A stretch of DNA of 64,000 bases, from positions 1 to 64,000 of IMG/VR virus record IMGVR_UViG_3300025015_000723; one strand, written 5' to 3'. The notes beneath the pieces were generated by a model. The model did not search any database. It was not told the DNA's origin and saw only the letters and a program-made list of their open reading frames with translations. A program made the translations under genes and the position numbers. The stretch comes from an uncultured virus (IMG/VR IMGVR_UViG_3300025015_000723) (Duplodnaviria; Heunggongvirae; Uroviricota; Caudoviricetes). Shown here piece by piece: positions 18,737-28,278 of this stretch. Each line of letters begins with the position of its first letter. Positions within the stretch are counted from its first letter, which is position 1.

Positions 18737-19447
18737 TTAACCCTTTGGATCATCTGGAAAAATCCTTCCTTTATCATTTATCTCTTTTGTAATTGGAAAT
18801 GGATCTGAGGCATCTTTTAGTTTCTTAATTAGACTAAGCATTATGGAAGTTTTAGTTACAATATCTTCTGCTGTATCTTGAAGTTTTTCCATTTTTAAAT
18901 GACAGCCATAAGTACTACTAAGATTTTTTGATACATTATTTGAAAGTTCCCCCAATTCTTTTTTAGATTGATCTTGTGAAAACTCTAGCTCCTCAATAGC
19001 AACAGCGACATCAGTTCCAAGATGAGATAATTTATTATATAACGCACGAAGTTCACCCTCAACAGCTAAAATAACTTCATATTGATGGATCTCTCGTTGT
19101 AAATCACGTCTATATTGTGCGTTTTGTGCCATTAAAATAGCTGGAGCCTGAAAAGCTGCTACCGCCGCTAACATTAAATTTAAAAAATTAAATGGATATG
19201 GGTCAAAAGAGGGCATAAAAAAGAAAAACCCAATATTGCAAAGAAACCATAGAACAACTGCGCCGACCATGGATAGTGCAAAGCGCCAGGAACCTACTAG
19301 ATTAGTAAGCTTTTCGGCCATTCTGTCTGCAAGAGGAGGTTTGGGAACCCTTAATTTAGGAATAAGAGAAACTGAACCACCTTCAGAAAGCAGCTCTTTG
19401 ATTTCTTTTAAAATTTCCTCACGTGCTTGGTCGGACGCTTGACTCAT
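18737..19447 (-). CDS. DUF1003 membrane protein with C-terminal coiled coil
   Basis: ADRMA...GSW.F...W...N, FDPYPF..LNL.L...AAFQAP.ILMAQN signature; two hydrophobic segments. Confidence 0.85.
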   Translation of the reverse strand: MSQASDQAREEILKEIKELLSEGGSVSLIPKLRVPKPPLADRMAEKLTNLVGSWRFALSMVGAVVLWFLCNIGFFFFMPSFDPYPFNFLNLMLAAVAAFQAPAILMAQNAQYRRDLQREIHQYEVILAVEGELRALYNKLSHLGTDVAVAIEELEFSQDQSKKELGELSNNVSKNLSSTYGCHLKMEKLQDTAEDIVTKTSIMLSLIKKLKDASDPFPITKEINDKGRIFPDDPKG

Positions 19448-20353
19448 TTAACCTCGCTTCAACATACCCTCTAGGGACTCTAAAGCAGCAACAACGTTAA
19501 CCACCCCGGCCCCAAAGCTGGCTTGATGTCCTATAGACATAGAATACTGCGACAGCAATTTAACAATTTGCTCTCTATTTATATCGCGTTTTATTTCTTT
19601 CATTAGAGCACACGCCCCAGTTATAAACGGGCAGGCCTGACTCGTGCCACTCATAGTAGCATACCTACCACCTGGATAACAAGATAAAATATCAACTCCT
19701 GGAGCAGAAAACTCAATATCACCAGAAGCTGACCATGAAGCGTTAATTAGTTTTTTATTAATAGCAGCTACAGAAATAACAAATGGTAATCTAGCTGGCC
19801 ACTGTTCTTCTACCGTTGAAACGTTATTATCTCCACAATTGCCTGCTGCAGCTACAACAATAATATTTTTTTCAGTAGCTCGTTGAATAGCCCGAGACAT
19901 TGGAATGTATTCTTCTGGACACCCAAGAGATAAATTAATAACATCACATCCAGCATCTATACAAGCTTCAATAGCCCTAGCTATGTTTGCTGGATTTCCT
20001 ACTCCAGAATTATCTATAGCTCTTGCGATATATAAACTAGCTCCATGAGCTACGCCCGAAACACCGGAGCCAGTAATTTTAGCCGCTATAATACCCGCTA
20101 TGTGTGTGCCATGCCCATGCATATCTTCGCATTGCCCCGATGATTGAGAAAAGTTATGACATCCAACAATAGCGCCATTTAAATCTGGATGATGAATGTC
20201 GCAACCAGTATCTACTATACCTATTTTAACGCCTTTACCTGTTGCCCTAGCCCAAGCTTCATTAATATGCATAAGTTTATGCGACCAATGCAATTCATTG
20301 ATTATTGTAATTTTTTCATATATGCCGGTTATCTGATCTGTAATTTCAATCAT
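19448..20353 (-). CDS. S8 subtilisin-like serine protease
   Basis: VDTG, HGHGTH, AAAGN, SGTSQACP; no signal peptide. Confidence 0.93.
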   Translation of the reverse strand: MIEITDQITGIYEKITIINELHWSHKLMHINEAWARATGKGVKIGIVDTGCDIHHPDLNGAIVGCHNFSQSSGQCEDMHGHGTHIAGIIAAKITGSGVSGVAHGASLYIARAIDNSGVGNPANIARAIEACIDAGCDVINLSLGCPEEYIPMSRAIQRATEKNIIVVAAAGNCGDNNVSTVEEQWPARLPFVISVAAINKKLINASWSASGDIEFSAPGVDILSCYPGGRYATMSGTSQACPFITGACALMKEIKRDINREQIVKLLSQYSMSIGHQASFGAGVVNVVAALESLEGMLKRG

Positions 20354-20991
20354 TTGTCTTCTAAATACTTTTGTAGCCTATCCCACGGAAAGACTGGTTC
20401 ACCTGGAATGTCCCATTTGTCCCACCTGAAATTAACATGCGAACATATCCCCTCAAAGGTATCCATATAATCTAAATCTAATAATTCACGTTTATCTTTT
20501 GGCACTAAACTTTTAGAAATATTAAACTCAGTACAAAGATGTTTTATTAATTCACAAACAGCCTGGATTTGAACCTCTGGAAATGCCGCATGATAATCAA
20601 AACCACGAAAAGAATAATTAACTACTTTTCCTGTATATTTAGCTCCCCAATTTTTAGGCCACCATAAATAATCTGAACCAACTTTTTTTAATGGTCCCTC
20701 ATTGACGATTTCCACACTTAGAAATTTTTTATCAAAATGTCCTTTTTTATAACCTTCTGCTGCTCCACGGATCCCCAAATGAAAAGCATAATATTTTGGA
20801 TTAAAAAGTTGATAGACAGTGCCATCTTTATCCACCACAAAAGGCACACATACCATATCTTGTTGACATAACGTGCTAATGGCTCCAGAAGCAGTGCTGC
20901 CAGCAGTATAATGAAGTGTTATGCCTTGTTTTACTGTTTCCACCAGATAATAATCCGTGGTTGTTGCGGAATAATCAGTATTAAATTTCAT
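20350..20991 (-). CDS. N-acetylmuramoyl-L-alanine amidase (Amidase_2; putative endolysin)
   Basis: TLHYTAG, VVDKDGTVYQL, AFH.G, SVEIVN, SH...KWD. Confidence 0.82.
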   Translation of the reverse strand: MKFNTDYSATTTDYYLVETVKQGITLHYTAGSTASGAISTLCQQDMVCVPFVVDKDGTVYQLFNPKYYAFHLGIRGAAEGYKKGHFDKKFLSVEIVNEGPLKKVGSDYLWWPKNWGAKYTGKVVNYSFRGFDYHAAFPEVQIQAVCELIKHLCTEFNISKSLVPKDKRELLDLDYMDTFEGICSHVNFRWDKWDIPGEPVFPWDRLQKYLEDK

Positions 20992-21472
20992 GTTTTCGCT
21001 CCTTTCGTTAAATTATCTCTCCACCACAAGGGCTGAAGATTTGTATAATGAAAAAACATTGTTGTAATTGTTTTTCGTCCGTTAGAATAAACGAAGCACA
21101 TGGTTTAATATGATCTATGTGCCACCCTCGGATACCATAATTTTCCCAAGTCATTCCCGGTTGCCACTTACTTTCAATATGTTGCCTAAGTTGTAATAAT
21201 GAACATCCTATTAGCTGTTTAGTGGTTTGATTTTTTCCACTAAAACCCCTATTTCTTCTAATAGCATCGCTAATTCGGCTCCTACAGCAAAGAAGCAATC
21301 TATATTCTGGGTCTTGTAGGGCTCTAGCTTTTCTGCGTATTTGTGCTTTCTTTCTTAATAATATTTTATTCTTTTCCCTTTTGTTTTTTGGAAATTCTGA
21401 TAATAACTTATCTTGTTGACATTTAGTACATTTTTTAGCCTCTTTTCCAAAAAGAAAAATTATTTTTGTCAT
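20988..21472 (-). pseudogene. HNH-type endonuclease, frameshifted near the C-terminus
   Basis: CTKC, GMTWENYG..WHIDHIKP. The conserved tail HYTNLQPLWWRDNLTK lies in another frame after a T6 run at 21051-21056. Confidence 0.75.
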
Positions 21473-21523
21473 TATATTTTCCTCAATCCATATAACAATT
21501 ATCATTAATAGACTAAAAGAAAC

Positions 21524-21547
21524 AAAAAAGGCGCCCTTGCGGGCGCC
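21524..21547 (-). terminator. intrinsic terminator
   Basis: GGCGCCC-GCAA-GGGCGCC-TTTTTT. Confidence 0.88.
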
Positions 21548-21567
21548 ATAAAACTTAACTTAAAAAT

Positions 21568-21732
21568 TTAATTAAAAATCCATCGAGTCAATGGAACTAC
21601 CGGGAAAAGAATTTTCCATCCCAGATAAGCATTAGTATTTAAATCATATTTAAAAGCCAATCTAGTAAAAAACCACTGGAAAAATATGAAATTCCATAAA
21701 CCCAAAGACCCTAAACCTTTTATAAAGTTCAT
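21568..21732 (-). CDS. small aromatic/hydrophobic protein (54 aa; not in ORF track)
   Basis: MNFIKGLGSLGLWNFIFFQWFFTRLAFKYDLNTNAYLGWKILFPVVPLTRWIFN; SD AAGGAG. Confidence 0.7.
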   Translation of the reverse strand: MNFIKGLGSLGLWNFIFFQWFFTRLAFKYDLNTNAYLGWKILFPVVPLTRWIFN

Positions 21733-21741
21733 CTTCTCTCC

Positions 21742-23046
21742 TTAAGGCTTCTTTCTATTTCCCAAAAGTTTACCCAATGGACCATGTTTAGCTTGCATGT
21801 TTTTAAGACGGTCATTATCGGCGCTGGAAGAATCAGAATCAATAACGTTCATTTTAGCATGATCATTCTTTTTAATCTCAAGGGCTTGAGCGCCCTCTTC
21901 GCCACGTTGGATAAGGGCTTCAACTCTACGATGGGGCACACCAAGACCACTCAACATAGTATAAACCACAAGGCCATGTCCAGCATCCGTAGAATCTAAA
22001 TCATAAATTCCTCTATAAAGACCAGCATGGCCAACTATAGAAGTAAGATTATATAAAGCATAATTGATATCTTCCTGTGGAACAGTTGAAAGCATATCAA
22101 ATGAACCAGTAACAATTAATCCACCCATTGTGGCTTCAGATAGAGTAAATTCAGAGGCTAATAGGCCGGATTTAACACTGTTAATTACCGTCTGCGCAAG
22201 GCTTTCTGCATCTTTATATTCTGAGAGTCTAGCTGCTCCATATACAGTACACCCTCCCTCAGTTATAATTTTAGCAAAGTCCATGGGATCAAGAGATACA
22301 AAACGAGATGGCTGTGCAGTAAGACGATTGAATTGATGGAGAATATTAACTAAGTCACCATTTGCTTTCTGCCAAAAAGCCACAGTAGATAAAGAAGGAT
22401 AAATGGCTTCAATCTTAGCGTTATCTACCACGATAAGAGTAGTGAGTATTTTTTCCTTAACCAATTTACTGAGCTTATCCAACACTTTAACGGCATTAGC
22501 GTGGGTTAAAGCGTCTTCATTAGATTGAGGTAAAGTGTAAATCATACCAACCGGCATATTATAAGAATGTAACAACGTAATAAGTTGTTCGGCTACACCT
22601 GATCCCGTACCACCACCACCACCAACACACACTAATGCATAGTCCACATCATCAGAAAAAGTGCGATCAATAAGGGCCTGCACAGATTCTCGATGAGCAG
22701 TAAAGGCTTCGGCACCTAATTGAATGTCTCGTCCTGCGCCGCCAAGACCATATTCCATACAAAGTTTACGGTCTTCAGGCAGTTTAATATATTTTAGATC
22801 TTGTTTGGCCGTGTTAATGGCACAAGATGGGTAACCCAGCGCACCAAACACCTCGGCTATTCTAGAGCCTCCCTGCCCGGCACCGATGACACCGAAACGA
22901 ATCGCAAGCTCACCTGTCATTCCCACTTTTACTCCTCTCACCTCTACCGGAGTTCCAGCTTTTGCTTCAATTTTAACTCCGCCAGTACTCTCGATATGAA
23001 TGCCACTATTTCCAGTAGCCTCTATCTTAAATTCGTTATCACTCAT
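21742..23046 (-). CDS. tubulin/FtsZ-superfamily GTPase (TubZ/PhuZ/CetZ-like)
   Basis: GAGQGGSRI, INTAKQD, GAGRD, GGGGGTGSG signature, VVDN, T7-like LDPMDF, C-terminal LSGLG.P. Confidence 0.92.
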   Translation of the reverse strand: MSDNEFKIEATGNSGIHIESTGGVKIEAKAGTPVEVRGVKVGMTGELAIRFGVIGAGQGGSRIAEVFGALGYPSCAINTAKQDLKYIKLPEDRKLCMEYGLGGAGRDIQLGAEAFTAHRESVQALIDRTFSDDVDYALVCVGGGGGTGSGVAEQLITLLHSYNMPVGMIYTLPQSNEDALTHANAVKVLDKLSKLVKEKILTTLIVVDNAKIEAIYPSLSTVAFWQKANGDLVNILHQFNRLTAQPSRFVSLDPMDFAKIITEGGCTVYGAARLSEYKDAESLAQTVINSVKSGLLASEFTLSEATMGGLIVTGSFDMLSTVPQEDINYALYNLTSIVGHAGLYRGIYDLDSTDAGHGLVVYTMLSGLGVPHRRVEALIQRGEEGAQALEIKKNDHAKMNVIDSDSSSADNDRLKNMQAKHGPLGKLLGNRKKP

Positions 23047-23082
23047 AATTTTCTCCTTGCATATGATTCTCTCTACATGAGG

Positions 23083-23111
23083 AATATAATTTTAAAGTTA
23101 GAAAAAGTCAA
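23083..23111 (-). promoter_or_regulatory. sigma70-like promoter TTGACT-N17-TATATT
   Basis: Read directly; upstream of the tubulin gene. Confidence 0.75.
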
Positions 23112-24082
23112 GGCTTCTTCCCAAAGACATCATAATTAACCATTTCCTCGACTAACTGTTCGTAAGATGTAATAGGTTTCCATCCCAAAGTTTTCATAAT
23201 TTTATCTGGATTCCCTTTCAAATCTGGGACCTCAGCAGGACGATAAAACTGTGGATCGATTTCAATAAAACGTTCACAATCATCTCCTAAGCCAGCTTTC
23301 TTCACCGCCAATTGAATAAACTCTCGTACAGAATGAGATTCTCCAGTAGCAACAACAAAATCATCCGCTACATCCGCGCGGGCCATCATAATCATTGCTC
23401 GACACGCATCTTTAGCATGTTGCCAATCTCGACGAGCATCAATATTTCCCAACTTAATCACCTTGCTTTTACCAGCTACAATATCAGCTAAGCCAAGTGT
23501 AATTTTTCTAGTAACAAAGTCTTCGCCGCGTAAAGCTGATTCGTGATTATAGCAAATGGAATTGCAAGCAAAAATATTATATGTTTCACGATAATTAACT
23601 GTAGTCCAAAAACCAAAAAGCTTTGCCACCCCATATGGACTACGTGGATGATATACGCCTAGAGATTGTTGCTCCGGGGGTAAATTACCATAAAGCTCCG
23701 AGGTGGAACACTGTACAAATCTAGCTTCAGGAGCTAATGTACGAATAGCCTCTAATATATTTAGAACTCCCAACCCATCAATTTGGGCAGTGGCAAGAGG
23801 CTGTTTAAATGAGGTTCCCACATGACTCATGGCTGCCGTATTATAAACTTCATCTGGTTGAGAGCGTTTTACACAGTCTAACATGGAAATTGGATCTGTT
23901 ACATCTCCCTCAATAATATGGAGATTTGGGTGAGATAAGATACCAAGTGCTTCCAGCCGCCATGGAATAGATGAGGCTGAGCGGCGCTTTACACCCCACA
24001 CTTCATAGTTCTCTTGAAGTAGCTGTTTTGCTAAAAAACCACCATCTTGTCCATAAATACCAGTAACTAATGCCTTTTTCAT
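23108..24082 (-). CDS. gmd: GDP-mannose 4,6-dehydratase
   Basis: ALVTGIYGQDG, AAMSHV, STSELYG, PRSPYGVAK, NHES..RGEDFVTRKI, RPAEV. Confidence 0.95.
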   Translation of the reverse strand: MKKALVTGIYGQDGGFLAKQLLQENYEVWGVKRRSASSIPWRLEALGILSHPNLHIIEGDVTDPISMLDCVKRSQPDEVYNTAAMSHVGTSFKQPLATAQIDGLGVLNILEAIRTLAPEARFVQCSTSELYGNLPPEQQSLGVYHPRSPYGVAKLFGFWTTVNYRETYNIFACNSICYNHESALRGEDFVTRKITLGLADIVAGKSKVIKLGNIDARRDWQHAKDACRAMIMMARADVADDFVVATGESHSVREFIQLAVKKAGLGDDCERFIEIDPQFYRPAEVPDLKGNPDKIMKTLGWKPITSYEQLVEEMVNYDVFGKKP

Positions 24083-24118
24083 ATCAATTCCTTTCCTCTT
24101 AAGTTAGATAACCACAAT

Positions 24119-24147
24119 ATTATACTTCATTCATATTGCAGTTACAA
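24119..24147 (-). promoter_or_regulatory. possible promoter TTGTAA-N17-TATAAT upstream of gmd
   Basis: Read directly at the 3' end of the radical SAM gene. Confidence 0.4.
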
Positions 24148-24929
24148 CACAACGGGTAAGAAAAGTCTCCACGGTGATGGGCCATACGATATTTTTCCAT
24201 TATTTCACCATTATAAACTTCCGTGATAGACTGAGTGTTTAGATCTCCTAAAATTACTTGTCCCTCTGGGTCCATACAGCACAGACACACCCTACCATCA
24301 TATAACACTGTTAAATGAGTAAGGCGACCACAAAACGCTTTTTTTCTTTGACTTTTCTCTGGCGTGACTAATCCAGCAAAATTATAATAATCGGTTAAAT
24401 CGGCCCTACCAACCACATCTGACCAAAATAATTTCCATTGCTTCGAAAAGGCTACTGTTTTGCTATATAGTGGCATATGAGCGGCAATTGGGATTAAACC
24501 ATTATTCAGATTCACAAAATATTTAACATTAGAAACCACCGTATCAAAATCTAAACCAGTAAGATTAAAACAGGTTTCCTTATTTATACCAGCAACGCTG
24601 AAAAAAATATCTCTAATTACATCAGCGTAAGAAATTAAACGATGAGCTTTATCTTCAGTTAAATGTGAAGCATTAGTAAAGATAGTAGTCACCATATTCC
24701 GCTGACGCAATTCTTCAAGCCAGTAAAAAAAACGATTAAAAATCAAAGGCTCACCATTAAGAAAAAGAAGAATGTGCTTTATTCCCATATTATTAGCATC
24801 GTTAATAATTTTTAAAAACAAAGCATCCGTCATAGAACCCATTTTTCTCTGAAGTGAACTATGTGGGCAAAAATCACATGCAGCACTACATGCTGTGGAG
24901 GATTCTATTTGAATTAACTGTGGAACCAT
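24120..24929 (-). CDS. radical SAM protein with SPASM/twitch domain
   Basis: CSAACDFC, GEPL, TNA; C-terminal C...DG.V.LCC.D...LG...C..C. Start ATG 24929 (SD GGAGG). Confidence 0.9.
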   Translation of the reverse strand: MVPQLIQIESSTACSAACDFCPHSSLQRKMGSMTDALFLKIINDANNMGIKHILLFLNGEPLIFNRFFYWLEELRQRNMVTTIFTNASHLTEDKAHRLISYADVIRDIFFSVAGINKETCFNLTGLDFDTVVSNVKYFVNLNNGLIPIAAHMPLYSKTVAFSKQWKLFWSDVVGRADLTDYYNFAGLVTPEKSQRKKAFCGRLTHLTVLYDGRVCLCCMDPEGQVILGDLNTQSITEVYNGEIMEKYRMAHHRGDFSYPLCCNCNMNEV

Positions 24930-24947
24930 ATTAACCTCCAAGGTAAT

Positions 24948-24976
24948 AATATAATACCTATCGAGATAAATTGCAA
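24948..24976 (-). promoter_or_regulatory. sigma70-like promoter TTGCAA-N17-TATATT
   Basis: Read directly; exact 17-nt spacer. Confidence 0.65.
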
Positions 24977-24977
24977 G

Positions 24978-25574
24978 TTATGAACTTAGGGTCGTGAGTT
25001 TAATAGAATGTCGAGGATTGCGTGAAAAAATATAAATATTATTTTGATACCACGGAAACACTTTTGGATTATTGGCAATTCTCCACCTAATGCAATCGAA
25101 AGTAACATATCCTCTGTTTTCGAATTTATCTATCCAGTATTGGTGGGGTTGCTCATTAACATGATTGACACCACCTTGACCCGGAATTGCCGCAGAAAAC
25201 AATATAGTATCTGAAGCTTGGGCTATATTATCCACAAACACATCAGCATATTTTTCATCAATATGCTCAGCCACCTCTAAAGATACAGCTAAATCATATA
25301 TTTTGTTTAATTGCACCGTAGAAGATAAGTCTGTAATTTTCAACGATTCAAATGGAATCACTACATATTGAGTATCTAGCCAATCTCCCTCTAATCCCAA
25401 AACATCTTGCGTTCCAAGCTCAGAAAACACTTTTAACCAAGTGCCTACTCCACACCCAAAATCACACACAGTTTGTGGGGCATCTAGTAAAGCAAAAACT
25501 ATTGGACAAACCACAAGAGCTGATGGTCGTGTAATTTTATTTCTATTTAAATAAAAATCAGCATTATATATCAT
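24978..25574 (-). CDS. class I SAM methyltransferase (glycan-cluster type)
   Basis: DFGCGVGTW, SLEVAEH, FSAAIPGQGG..HVNEQ. Confidence 0.88.
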   Translation of the reverse strand: MIYNADFYLNRNKITRPSALVVCPIVFALLDAPQTVCDFGCGVGTWLKVFSELGTQDVLGLEGDWLDTQYVVIPFESLKITDLSSTVQLNKIYDLAVSLEVAEHIDEKYADVFVDNIAQASDTILFSAAIPGQGGVNHVNEQPHQYWIDKFENRGYVTFDCIRWRIANNPKVFPWYQNNIYIFSRNPRHSIKLTTLSS

Positions 25575-26260
25575 TCTTTGTCCTCTGGTTTAAATGTCGG
25601 AAGACATTCTTCTATTTTTTGTACTAACGGATTGACGTGTTCTTTAATAAATTCCAAATACGATATACCCTCATATTTATGAAACAATTCATCATACATT
25701 TGATAACGACGTAAATGCCAATCTCTGTCGTGATACACCTTATTATAATGATTAATGTGAATATCATATGGAATAATTTCGCTTTTATTGTACCCAGATG
25801 GGGACGCATGGGCAAATTTATTTCCACACTTAATATAATCTACATTTCTATGTAGTCTTAATTGATAATCTGGGTATGGCCTTGTTTCATCTAATTTGGT
25901 ACATGACAAGTCCAACCAATGTCTTCTGGGAACTACATAGAGATCCACATCTAGTGGAGCCGTTTCTATTACAGTTTTGAGCATTCCAATATCTTCAATC
26001 GACATATCTTCATCATCGTCCATAAGAAGTATCCAGTCTCCAGTGAGATATTGTAACATATTATCTTTTGCCTGTCCCCAATGTACAAAAGTAAAATCAT
26101 ATACCTCATTGGTAATTTTAGCCGCTACCTCTCTTGTGCTGTCTACTGTTTTATCATCTACACATATAACAATCTGATCGACCATTCCAACAAAATTAAG
26201 TAAACATTTTTCAATGCGATCAGCGCCATCTAATGTCATCATACATAATGAAAGTTTCAT
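25571..26260 (-). CDS. GT2-like glycosyltransferase
   Basis: LSLCMM, D..T.D.T, DWILLMDDDE, PDYQLRL. Confidence 0.85.
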   Translation of the reverse strand: MKLSLCMMTLDGADRIEKCLLNFVGMVDQIVICVDDKTVDSTREVAAKITNEVYDFTFVHWGQAKDNMLQYLTGDWILLMDDDEDMSIEDIGMLKTVIETAPLDVDLYVVPRRHWLDLSCTKLDETRPYPDYQLRLHRNVDYIKCGNKFAHASPSGYNKSEIIPYDIHINHYNKVYHDRDWHLRRYQMYDELFHKYEGISYLEFIKEHVNPLVQKIEECLPTFKPEDKE

Positions 26261-26271
26261 TTTTCGCCGTC

Positions 26272-26898
26272 CTATTTTATTGCCTTTATAACAATGCCCT
26301 TATCTCCATAATTTAAATCTTTAGCTGGAGTTAAGTCCACACCACTATAAACACTAAATTTAGGAAACACTGTAAGAGCGCGTTTATATTGAATTAGATT
26401 CGGCCTACGTTCACAAATACCCTCTGCAACAACTAAACCGCAGTCCTTTTGTAATACTGTCCATTCGTCTTCTGAGGAAGCTATACAGGGCTCCCGTACA
26501 GAAATAAATTGGCCACCTGGACGAAGAATTCTATAAATTTCCAATAGAGTTGAATCTAAATCTCCATGATGTAATGTGTCACCACATACAGCAAAATCAA
26601 AAAAATTATCTCTAAATGGCATTTGTTCTTTGGATCCCTGAACGCTAAACATAAAAGAGGGAAACGCCCCCTTAAATATATCAATTAATGTAACTCGGGC
26701 TCCGCGCTGCAAACAATAATTACCTATAAATCCCGCAAAAGCGCCAACATCTATAACCAAGGCACCCTGTATAGATAACTCATCTAATAATTTATAACCG
26801 ACTGTAATGGGTCTACCATCAGTATAATAAACTGGACTAACTGGCCCATGTGCTCTTTCCATATATGCTTTTTCAGTATGTATGTTGTTAGTGTGCAT
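26272..26898 (-). CDS. class I SAM methyltransferase
   Basis: VIDVGAFAG, MPF.D..FD, LHH, EIYRILRPGG. Confidence 0.85.
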   Translation of the reverse strand: MHTNNIHTEKAYMERAHGPVSPVYYTDGRPITVGYKLLDELSIQGALVIDVGAFAGFIGNYCLQRGARVTLIDIFKGAFPSFMFSVQGSKEQMPFRDNFFDFAVCGDTLHHGDLDSTLLEIYRILRPGGQFISVREPCIASSEDEWTVLQKDCGLVVAEGICERRPNLIQYKRALTVFPKFSVYSGVDLTPAKDLNYGDKGIVIKAIK

Positions 26899-27562
26899 TT
26901 TTCACCCATACCTGCGGCCAAAAAGTGCCTAATTTGGTGCAGGACACAGAAAGGGCGGCTGCTACAACTGGAATTTCGATATCAGTCATAAGATGCATAG
27001 GATGTTGTCCGCCACTCGTTGTGGTGGTGTGAGTTAAGATTAATACACCACCAGGATTTAATTTATCAACCCACTCTTTAACAGCTAAAACTCTATCCGG
27101 CATATGCTCTAAAACGTCAATGGCCACAATTGTATCTACTTGAGTTGTGGGCATTCCATATTTCACTTTATGAGCTAAACTATGTTTATCTATACGATAT
27201 TTGGTAAATTTTTCATTAGCCTCATTAATATCATAAAACCAAACTTCACTGGTTTTATCAGAAGAGGCCATAATTAAAGAATAAGTACCTATACCACCAC
27301 CGAAATCCAATGTCACCCCATGAGCGTGATCTTTAATTATATTACCCCAACCAGTCAATGTACCAGAGGCGTGCCATTGAGATAGATCAAACAAATATGA
27401 ATCATTCACGCAGTCTTTATAGTACTCTGAAACTCCCCCTTGCCAAGATAACCATTTATCTCTTAATTCCACCTGTCCATTCCTATGAACATATGTCTCT
27501 CCAAGATATTCCATTAAATCTGGTAATGCGCTTAAATGATAATCTATAGTGGTTTGCGACAT
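26888..27562 (-). CDS. class I SAM methyltransferase
   Basis: LDFGGGIG, DVLEH, LNPGG. Confidence 0.85.
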   Translation of the reverse strand: MSQTTIDYHLSALPDLMEYLGETYVHRNGQVELRDKWLSWQGGVSEYYKDCVNDSYLFDLSQWHASGTLTGWGNIIKDHAHGVTLDFGGGIGTYSLIMASSDKTSEVWFYDINEANEKFTKYRIDKHSLAHKVKYGMPTTQVDTIVAIDVLEHMPDRVLAVKEWVDKLNPGGVLILTHTTTTSGGQHPMHLMTDIEIPVVAAALSVSCTKLGTFWPQVWVKNAH

Positions 27563-28278
27563 ACTACACCGCCTGACATGAAATGTTTATATGGCTGCCT
27601 CAGCTCCGTCTCATGATTAATGGCACCGGACATCATGGCTTCCACTTCAGCGTCCACCCCTTCAATATTATTAGAAACAATAAATCCTGCAGCCCTTATT
27701 TGCTCTATAATTTCACTAAACTTATATACTCTAAAATATACATCTGGCTGGTAAGGCATTGATGTAAACAAATTAACCTCAGTGGTTAATATCATTGTTC
27801 CACCAGGAGCTAAAGCCTTGTACATTTGCCTCAAAGCTAAATTATCATCAACAACATGTTCTATAACAGACACAGAATAAATAAAATTAAAATAATTGTC
27901 ATATGGAATATTACATGCGTCTATTTTTTCAGCAACGGTTTTAGGGAAAGAAGCGCAATTTTTCAACCATGGGGATGGAGATTTATCTACACCAGCTAAA
28001 TCTCTCTCAGAATCCCATTGTAAATTATCAGATATAACTGTTTCTGCGGCAAATTGAGCGAAATAGAGAAACCCATATGTGGGCCACGCACCAAGCTCTA
28101 AAATTTTATCTGTAACAGTCGGCTTCATGGCTTGATGTATAAAGAAAAAATCACTATACCTCAAATGTTGCAATTTATATTGCTCTTCTGGTGTTGGAGC
28201 TATAATAGTTTGAAACTCATCAATCCATTGATTATATTCTTCCCGAAACATACGTGAATTCACTATACTAGTTATCAT
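27544..28278 (-). CDS. class I SAM methyltransferase
   Basis: ILELGA, SVIEH, LAPGG. Confidence 0.85.
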   Translation of the reverse strand: MITSIVNSRMFREEYNQWIDEFQTIIAPTPEEQYKLQHLRYSDFFFIHQAMKPTVTDKILELGAWPTYGFLYFAQFAAETVISDNLQWDSERDLAGVDKSPSPWLKNCASFPKTVAEKIDACNIPYDNYFNFIYSVSVIEHVVDDNLALRQMYKALAPGGTMILTTEVNLFTSMPYQPDVYFRVYKFSEIIEQIRAAGFIVSNNIEGVDAEVEAMMSGAINHETELRQPYKHFMSGGVVCRKPL

